A stretch of 64,000 nt of DNA, from the NCBI GenBank assembly GCA_951406725.2, contig OX597821.1, positions 112,158,001 through 112,222,000 of the forward strand, read 5' to 3'. A program made the position numbers and the translations under genes. Origin of the DNA: Octopus vulgaris (taxonomy: Eukaryota). The notes under the pieces are model-generated. The model saw nothing but the letters and a program-made list of their open reading frames with translations, was not told the origin of the DNA and did no database searches. This document shows, one piece after another, positions 54,706 through 64,000 of this stretch (positions are counted from its first letter, which is position 1; the number at the start of each line of letters is the position of its first letter).

Positions 54706-55437
54706 TCAGTTTTTATTATTGTGACAAGCTCATTGTATGCTTTTTATTGTTTGTCTTGTTTTTTTTACTTACTACTCATTATAAAACTCCCTACTGTTTT
54801 AGGTAACCTCCATGTAATGTCACCACATCTACTGCCCTTGTGGAAAAATAAATCATTTTTAGGGTATTTGCTAACATCATTGCAGCCAATTATATCATGG
54901 AAAAATATATCGCCTGGTGATTTCATTGAAAGGTAATTTACATCAAGAATCTATACAAAGTTGGTAAATGCAATGCCATACTTTTCCTTCTACAGAATAA
55001 TTCCATTGCTAAACATTATTTAAAGAATTTATTCACAGAATAAATACGTTGCCATTAGCTTAATAATGGCAAAGATATTCCAACGATGAAGCTACTGGTA
55101 ATGCATTTAACCAAAATGAAGTTGTAGAGAACCTGTTATTAGAATTGGTAGGAAATCAAACTTAAATGCCTTAAAGCAAGAATTTACAGCAAAACCATTA
55201 TTAGAGTCGGTTGAGCATCAAATTTAAGTATCTTGTGATATATAATTTTACCTCTTTATTTATAATTGAGCTGAAGTTGACAGCTGTCTTTCCATACGAC
55301 TTGGTTTCGACAAAATACCAACTGTATACTTGGACATTTAAATATGACTCCATCCCTCACCATAAACATTTGACCACATACTAAATGCTAAAAACCATTA
55401 TCATTATTATTACTATTATTATTATTATTATTATTAT

Positions 55438-56170
55438 TGAGTGAGAGAGCAGTGCATGCCATCAAAGTGACACTGGGATAAAATATACGAAGCCCAGTAT
55501 ACCCATCACGACTACCCGTCTGATAAAGGTACACCAGGCACATGCATCACAACCATATGTGCGCGACATGGTGATCTCATATCAAGATAAACAGCACATG
55601 ACCTTGCAGGTGGGGCCCAGGTAGAATTTTCTTCTGGTCGAGTAACCCATCCCACTCAAAAGGTCCCTGAATAAGGGTTGTTTAAGGATGTTGAATGAAC
55701 CATCCATGTTTCCAGAGGTGAATTATCCAAACCCCAAAGAATCCCTCTCAACACATGGCTATGATGCTCCCCTACCACTTCTGTTCGCAGAGATGCACAT
55801 ATCGTCAGCCACTAAGGGACATGGTCAACTGGTTATGGTCAAACAACTGACAAGCAAATCTATGGTATTGAGCAGAATATCAACATTGTCAACATTGGCA
55901 TTAGTCGCTCTCTTTGGGTATTTGCCACTGAGAGGCTTTTCTTGCCATTTATCAGTAAGAATATCTAAGACAGCAGATTTTCATACACTTAGCTTTTTCT
56001 GTGCTTGTTTCTAGTACGTCTAATTCTGGAATTTGTTGTATTTAGAATTCACTTAGCTATTCTTTTGCCTGATTCGTTACTGAGTATGATGCTTTCTTGT
56101 TTTCATGTTTTGAGGCAAGTTTTAACATCCAGTCCTCAGAGTTTTACAGGCAAGTGTTGAGACCAATTGT
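55438..56170 (-). mobile_element. R4/Dong-like LINE fragment with long 3' region, inserted in (TAA)n
   Basis: Minus strand 56165-55881 encodes, with stops, ...SEDWMLKLASKHENKKASYSV...LDILTDKWQEKPLSGKYPKR (W..KPLHG.Y-like). (ATT)n on both flanks. Confidence 0.6.
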
Positions 56171-56359
56171 GGCAATCTTCATTGTTAATTATTATCATTA
56201 TTACTATTATTATTATTATTCCCGTTATTATTATTATTATTCCCTTTATTATTACTATGATTATTATTATTATTATTATTATTACTATGATTATTATTAT
56301 TATTATTACTATGATTATTATCATTATCATTATTATTGTCATCATCATCATCATCATCT

Positions 56360-56575
56360 AAGGTGATGAGCTGGCCGAATTACTAGCACACTGGACAAAA
56401 CGCTTAATGAAATTTTGTCCGCCTTTACGTTCCGAGTCCAAATTTCACCAAGGCCAACATTGCCTTTCATCCTTTCGGGGTTGATAAATTAAATGCCAAT
56501 GAAACAATGGGCTCGATGTAATCAACTGGTCCCCTCCACAAAAATTTCAGGCCTTGCGCCTTCAGTAGAAAAGAA
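56360..56575 (+). mobile_element. SINE family A copy
   Basis: ggtgatgagctggccgaat...ttgcctttcatcctttcggggttgataaattaa. Confidence 0.75.
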
Positions 56576-56608
<33 letters not shown>

Positions 56609-57021
56609 GGTTTTTCTTATATTTCTACGCCTGCTGCACAACAAGAGCAACAGATACCACTACAACCACCACCCCTACTACTACACTGCGGCTGTTGTTG
56701 TTGTTGTTGTTGTTGTAGTTAATGTCAAATTCTATTATTACCCTAATTATCATCGTTATATATTCAGCGATAAAGGATGACTTATGAAGATGATAACAAC
56801 GAATTAAAAAAAACACTTATGATGAACGATGAAGTGCAAATAACGACAACAACAACAACAACAATAAGAATAATAATAATAATAGTCAAAAGGAAAGATA
56901 GAGCTGGAGGAGGAGGAGGAAGAGGAGAGGGGGACTTCAAATGACCATAAAAGAATGATCCGAATGTTTTCGCTGTTCTTTTCTCTTTCCTGTTTGGTTC
57001 TTCTATTTACTATCATCATCA

Positions 57022-57061
<40 letters not shown>

Positions 57062-57501
57062 TGGGACCATTTTTTTTTCTATTGTTGTCATGACAACAGT
57101 TAAAAGACTCTGCATGGAATTACATTCACTTGACTTCTTTATTTATTTATTTTTTTTTCAAAAGCCCAGTAAAAATGATAAGCATATGGAAATAATTTCT
57201 TTATGAAAGATGATAGCTTAGATATAGTCGTCCATTTGCGGAACTGGAAGCAAGGGGGCAGGGCAAGAGAGAAAGCGAGAGAGACAGAGAGAGAGAGAGA
57301 GAGTGAAAGGGTGGGTTGCATGTAGGGCAGGGTGTACAGGAAAGGAAGAAGATAAAGCTACTGCTCCTCGTCAACGAGCACTTCCTCTCTAGAACAGGAG
57401 AATGAGAATGGAAACTAAATGAAAAAAAAATAAATGTATAAATAAACAAAAATTCTAACTACCATTCTACAGTGATTCTCCACTTATTTTACACACATAA
57501 G

Positions 57502-57533
<32 letters not shown>

Positions 57534-57585
57534 TAGACAGACACACACATATGATTACATACATAGCTCCTTCTCACCACCCCTT

Positions 57586-57840
<255 letters not shown>

Positions 57841-58634
57841 TGTTAGCATGGAAGGCGGATGTTAAACGATGATGATGATGATATGTATGTATATTAGAGA
57901 GAGAGAGAGAGAAAATGAATGAGACAGAAAGAGAGGGATGTGTTTTTAACCTACAAAGATCTAAACCATTTTTATATGCTTCAAAAGACAACAAACATGC
58001 TATTTCACTTATACACACATCATACATGTATATAAGTATGTATGTATACACACACACACACACACATGCACTTGTATACTCCCAAGCATATATATATATC
58101 CTGCCTTCCCAAGATGCAGTGTACTAGTTCATGTATGTTTTAATTGGTGTTTCAAGATGTGTTTATTAATGTTCCTGGATGATAATCCTTGTAATGTTTT
58201 GCTGGCACTACGTAAAAGGCACCCCAAGCTAGTCCCACATGAAAAGCTCCCATGTTGGTGCCACATGAAGAACTATTGAGCTGGTGTCACATAGGAAGCA
58301 CCTGTGCTGGCATTAAGTATAAAACACTGGCGTTGATGCCATGTAAAAATTTTTAAAAAGCACCCAGTGGAGCACTCTGTAAAGTGGTTGGCGTCAGGGA
58401 AGACATCTAGCGGAAGAAACCATGCCAAGGTGGACAATTGGAGTCTGGTGCAGTTCTTTGGTTTGCCAGCTCCTGTCAAACCATCCAACTGATGTCGGCA
58501 TGGAAAATGGATGCTAAATGATGATGATGATGATGATGATGATTTACCATTATCTTAAACTGAATTAATTACATTTCTTCAAATGTTTCTGGATTTTCAA
58601 ACCAATTCCTAAACAGGGACAAGTGCATAAATGC

Positions 58635-58685
<51 letters not shown>

Positions 58686-61277
58686 CATATCTGTATATGC
58701 AGTTGGTGCTCTCTGTGGCAAGAGTTTGTGAAGAAAATGGTATTAAATAAGAGTGTGAGACATATTCCAACATGAAACTAGACATAACAGAATGTTACTA
58801 CATGTCATTAGAAATGACTTAATCCTTTGACAACAGGTGGGTTGGGTGTGGCATCCAACTATACAACACCCTAAAAATTCTTATTTCACGTCCCCTATAT
58901 TTCATTGGCTGTGTGGTCAGGAAGCTTGCTTCCCAGACACATGGCTGTGGTTTCAGTCTCTTTGTGTGACACCTTCGGCTGACCAAAGCCCCGTAATTGA
59001 ATTTGGTAGACTAAAGCTTCTGTCATGTGTGTACATGTGTAGGTAAATGCATGTGCTTCATAACAGAGAAGTGGGAACGAATCCCTTGTTCCCTCTCCAT
59101 CCATTTTTCTGATTCTATCATTATCATTTAATGTCTGTTGTCCATGGGTTGGACAGCTTGACTGGGCTGGTACGCTGGAGGGCTGCACCAGACTCCAGTC
59201 TGATTTGGCATGGTTCTTTTTTTTTTTTTATGGCAGCATGCCCTTCCTAATGATTGAATCTTTTTACACGTGCCAGTGAAGCGACGTTGGTAATGATCAC
59301 GCTCGAATGGTGCCCTTGTACGTGCCATGGGTATGGAAGCCAGTTGGCTGCTCTGGCAACAATCACGTTCGGATGGTGCTCTTGGCACCCTACTAGCACC
59401 GGCATAGGTGCCAGTAGGGCGATGCTGGTAACGCTCATACTTGAATAGCTGCTCTGTCAACGATCACACTCGTATGGTGCTCTTTGCATCCCGCTAGCAC
59501 AGATGCCAGTCATGGAATTGATTTTGATTTCACTTGCCTCAACAGGTCTTATGTGCCAATTTGTGTGACACCAATATCTGCCACAATCACGATTTTGTTT
59601 GGCTTGATAGGACAATGTAACATTTCCTCATTGCCTCTACTATCTCTCTTTCACGGTTGACTTGCCATTTCTATAAGCTATTTGTAATACTCCACCGAAT
59701 GCTCGCAATTCAAGTAATCCCCACTATCATGTGTCACCCTGTGAGCTGGAAGAATCGTTCTGAGTTCAAATCCCGCTGAGGTTAACCATGCCTTTCATCT
59801 TTTTGGAGGGTCAATAAAATAAGTACCAGCTGTGTACTGGGGGTCGATGTAACAGACATTGACCCCTCCTCTAAAATTACTGGCTTTGTACAGAAATTTG
59901 AAACCAATACAATTTCTTACTGGAGACTTAGGTATTTTCTTAGTATTTCTCTCTCCTTCTCACTGTCTCTCTCTCTCTCTCCCTTTGCTTTTTCCTTCCC
60001 CCTCTCTCACTGTCTCCTTCTCCTCCCTCTTCAGACTATTTTCTCAGTAATCCCCCTCACTCTATCTCTATCTCTCTCTCACTTTTCCTGACCTCCCCCC
60101 TCCTCTTTTATTCTTTCTTATGGTTTTCTTTCTTTCCTCTCTTTCATCAGACTTCAGTATTTTCTCAGCACACCCCCACCTGACCTATCTCTCTCCTTCC
60201 TCTCTACATAGATCTTCCCTCTCTCTCTCTCACCCTCTCATTGTAGCTTTCTCCTCTCACTTGAACTCACCACCCTCGCTCCTCTGCTCTTCCAAAATAA
60301 ACACCAACACCTCCCAACTACCACCACCACCACCACCACCATCACCACCACCATCCGCAAACAAACCAAATGAAACCAAGATTCTGTCACAGCTAACACA
60401 TTTCAGAATTAACGAAAATATTCCCGAACCGGTCCAATGGATGCAACGATGATGACGACAATGTCTCGCAACAGTTACTAACCTGCACCAGGATTATATT
60501 TCAGAAAGTGAGATACCAGGACACTTTTATAAACGTTTATAAACTCCACTGTTATCACCTACCTCATTGCTGTCTCCCCACAAACAGTGAGAGATTGCCA
60601 AACGCAACAGGTCACAAGATTTCAGGCTTTTTTTAGCGCTACCAAAGCTAATTTCACACCGAACCAGCTTTCAGAAATGGCAGCGCAGTTAAGCAAGTGT
60701 GAACGTTACAAAACATATGTCACAACTATGGACTTTTGTTTTGTATTTGTGTTTCAAAGACTGCTTTTTATCATTGCAAAAGTGTATTTATCTACATCTG
60801 TCTGTATGTATGTATGTATGTATCTATCTATCTATCTGTCTATATATATATATATATATATAATTTTATAATTATGAGCATAATTATAATTAGGGTTCAG
60901 CAAAAAAATTTGCTTCACCACATACTGAAATTTAGAAATAGCAGCCAAAAAAACTAGCTATTTCTCGGAGTGGTTGGCGTTAGGAAGGGCATCCAGCTGT
61001 AGAAACTCTGCCAAATAAAGATTGGAGCCTGGTGCAGCCACTTGGTTCGCCAGCCCCCAGTCAAAATCATTCAACTCATGCTAGCATGGAAAGCAGACGT
61101 TAAGCGATGATGATGAAGAAGAAAATCTCCCTGGCATTAGGAAGAGCATCCAGCTGTTGAAGCCTTGCCAGATCAGATTGGAGCCTGGTGCCACCTCCTG
61201 GCTTGCCAGTCTGCACTCAAGCCATCCAATCCATGCCAGCATGGAAAGCAGACATTATGATGTATGGTGCCAATATA

Positions 61278-62116
61278 TTGATTTCAAATTTTAGCAAAGG
61301 CCAGCAATTCTGTGGGGAAATGAAATAGTCAATTACATGGACCCCACTGCATAACTGGTAATTATTTCATCAACCCTGAATGGATGGAAGGTAAAGTTAA
61401 TCTTGGCAGAATTTGAACTCATAATGTAAAGACCGCTAAGCATGTCACTCAGTGTGCTAACAGTTCTGCCAGCCAGCCACCTTATACATGTCTGTTTATT
61501 CGTTTCTAGGCCCAAAAGTTTTGGGAAGAGGGCCAGTCGATTAGATCGACCCCAGTACACAACTAGTACTTAATTTATTGACCCCAAAAGGATGAAAGGC
61601 AAAGTTGACCTCGGCGGAATTTGAATTCAGAACGTAGCAGCATACAAAATACCTATTTCTTTAGTACCCACAAGGGGCTAAACACAGAGAGGACACACAA
61701 GGACAGACAAACGGATTAAGTCGATTATATCGACCCCAGTGTGTAACTGGTACTTATTTAATCAACCCCGAAAGGATGAAAGGCAAAGTCGACCTCGGCG
61801 GAATTTGAACTCAGACTGTAGCGGCAGACAAAATACTGCTAAGCATTTCGCCCGGCGTGCTAACAGTTCTGCCAGCGCACCGCCTTAGGAAAAAAAAATA
61901 TTCTTTTCTACACTAAGCACAAGGCCCAAAATTTTGGGAGATTGGGCCGGTCAATTAGATCAACCCCAGTACACAACTGGTACTCAATTTATCAACCCTG
62001 AAAATGTGAAAAGCAAAGTTGACTTCGGCAGAATTTGAACTCAGAACATGAAGACAGACAAAATACCGCTAAGCATTTCACCCAGCATGTTCACAATTCT
62101 GCTAGCTTGCTGCCAC
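61278..62116 (-). mobile_element. Cluster of 4 SINE family A copies, including a head-to-tail junction
   Basis: The junction aaatacctatttcttta at ~61647 is the same type as those in the 25.1-25.9 kb concatemer. Confidence 0.8.
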
Positions 62117-62735
62117 AGATGATGATAATTAGTAATAATTAATGTTCAGTTTCTAAAAACGTTTTAAAACGACCAAGTAAAATGATAGCAACAATTAAGA
62201 GGAAAGAGGTGTTACGGATAACGAAAATCAATTTGAAGTAGTGAATACATTTAAAAGCAATTGAAAGTGTTTTGGGCATAACTTTTACAACAAACGAGGA
62301 AAGCAGGAAGGAATTTAACAGTTCCTCTTCTAACTCCAAGAGGTTTATGGCCTTTCTTTATATTTTTAAATAGTATGCAATACATGGAGGTCAAGTGGTA
62401 TTGTATACAAAGGTCAAGAGTGACTTAATTACTTTCTATGAGTGAGGCTCTCATGTGTGCAGCAGCCTACTTCATATACATAAAAGAGCCCCCAGTCTCA
62501 GCAATCAGACTTTCGCTTTCTTACAATAGCTTGCGTGCGTTACTTGTCAAATGATGGGTAACTTCGGAAGGGTACTCCGGAAGGGTACTTTTACCACCAT
62601 GGGTAGCAGCAGGAAATACTGCACACACAAACACACACACAACAACAAAATCCACCCCAGGATTTGCTTATTCTTTTTAAACCTAGTACTTATTCTATTG
62701 GTCTCTTTTGCCAAACTTTAAAGCATATATATATA

Positions 62736-63286
62736 CGAGGGTGAGTCAAAAAGTAATGCCATTTTGTTTAGGACAGGTATAATTACCAACACAGGAACAT
62801 GAATCATGCATCAAAATGAAGCTTATTATGAGTTTATTGTTTTTCCATTTGGCAAGAAATCAACCAGGCACCTTGAGCATCCCAAAAGACAGTCGCCATG
62901 ATTTTTCCAGCTGACTTTTGCGTCTTGAACTTTTTCGGTTGTGGTGATGTAGAGTGGCGCCATTCCATAGACTGCCTCTTTGATTCTGGTTCATAATGAT
63001 GAACCCATGTTTCATCACCTGTTATGAGCCTTCGAAAGAAGTTGTTGTCTCTTTGACTTTGTAGTGAAGAAGTGGTTCAAAGGACAGTCAACAGAATTTT
63101 ACGGGGCAGGAATACATGCTCTCATTTGAAGGTGGAACGCTGCTATTGAGAGAAACAGTGACTATGTTGTGAAGTAGGGGTGTGATCCACGGAGGACCAG
63201 CTTCATTAAGATGTATGATACATGTTCCTGTGTTGGTAATTATACCTGTCCTAAACAAAATGGCATTACTTTTTGACTCACACTCG
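62736..63286. mobile_element. Non-autonomous rearranged mariner element with 88-bp inverted termini
   Basis: TIRs 62736-62823 and 63199-63286 (cgagggtgagtcaaaaagtaatgcc.../...ggcattactttttgactcacactcg), with TA on the left. Minus strand 63025-62870 encodes ITGDETWVHHYEPESKRQSMEWRHSTSPQPKKFKTQKSAGKIMATVFWDAQG. Plus strand ~63064-63177 encodes VKKWFKGQSTEFYGAGIHALI*RWNAAIERNSDYVVK*. Confidence 0.92.
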
Positions 63287-64000
63287 TGTATATTGTGTGA
63301 GTCCTTGTCTTGATATCATGAAGTTGTAAATAAGTGTCCAATTGCTGATCTTCGCTCTTTAACCTCTCCCGCCATACCATTCCCTTCCTATTGTAGCCCC
63401 CACTTGGTCATAGAGATTCAAGTCTTACAAGTTACTTGATGACCGCCCTAGTGTTGGTACCATGAGAAAGGGATCCGGTAGATGCTGCAAAGTGGTTGAT
63501 GTCAAAAAGAACATCCAGCCACAGAAACCAATCCACAACTGACATTGCAGCACAATGCTGTCTTTGGATCCGGTTGGATTCTGACAAATCGTCGAACCCA
63601 TTTCAGCAAAGGAGTAGGGATGCTGAATGAAAACCTGGAAAGATCAGAACATGAGGAAATATTACTTTGATTGCTTGTGTGACATGAAAAGCACCTGCAG
63701 GATGCCACATAAAAGCAACCATGCTGGTACCACCTGTATAGGATGGTACCAATGCTAGTTCCATGTAGTTGGTGTTAGAAAGAAACCATGCCAAAACAGA
63801 CAATTGGAACCTGATAAAGCTTTCTGGTTTACAAGCTCCAGTCAAACCATCCAACAACCCATGCCAGCATGGGAAACAGGCGTTAACCGAGGATGACGGA
63901 AACTAGTGAGGTTTAATGACAGTAAAAGCATCCAGCTGTTGGAAGTTTGTTTTAACAAACTACTCCACCTGAGCCATGCAAGCATGAGAGATTGAACATT

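Overview
Eukaryotic, AT-rich, microsatellite-saturated DNA. The SINE/LINE repertoire and repeat texture suggest an octopus (coleoid cephalopod); this is an inference, not a database result. Almost the whole window appears to be intronic sequence of one large minus-strand gene. The only supportable host coding sequence is a 704-bp internal glypican exon (28200-28903, GPC3/5-dally-like) with clean splice sites. The rest is several tRNA-derived SINE families, RTE-, Tx1/L1- and R4/Dong-type LINE fragments, two Tc1/mariner deletion derivatives, TTAA-flanked MITEs, Penelope-like remnants with minimal hammerhead-like motifs, and tandem or simple repeats. Nearly all ORFs in the track are microsatellite artefacts. 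The most interesting observations are a long palindrome holding a minimal hammerhead ribozyme (45315-45588) with related motifs elsewhere, a GC-rich multi-stem island (4943-5111), a 4-unit SINE concatemer inside a single TSD pair (25138-25897), a rearranged mariner with 88-bp TIRs, and TE classes sorted by microsatellite type. No prokaryote-type system (CRISPR, operon) is present. Repeat boundaries were read by eye and are approximate.
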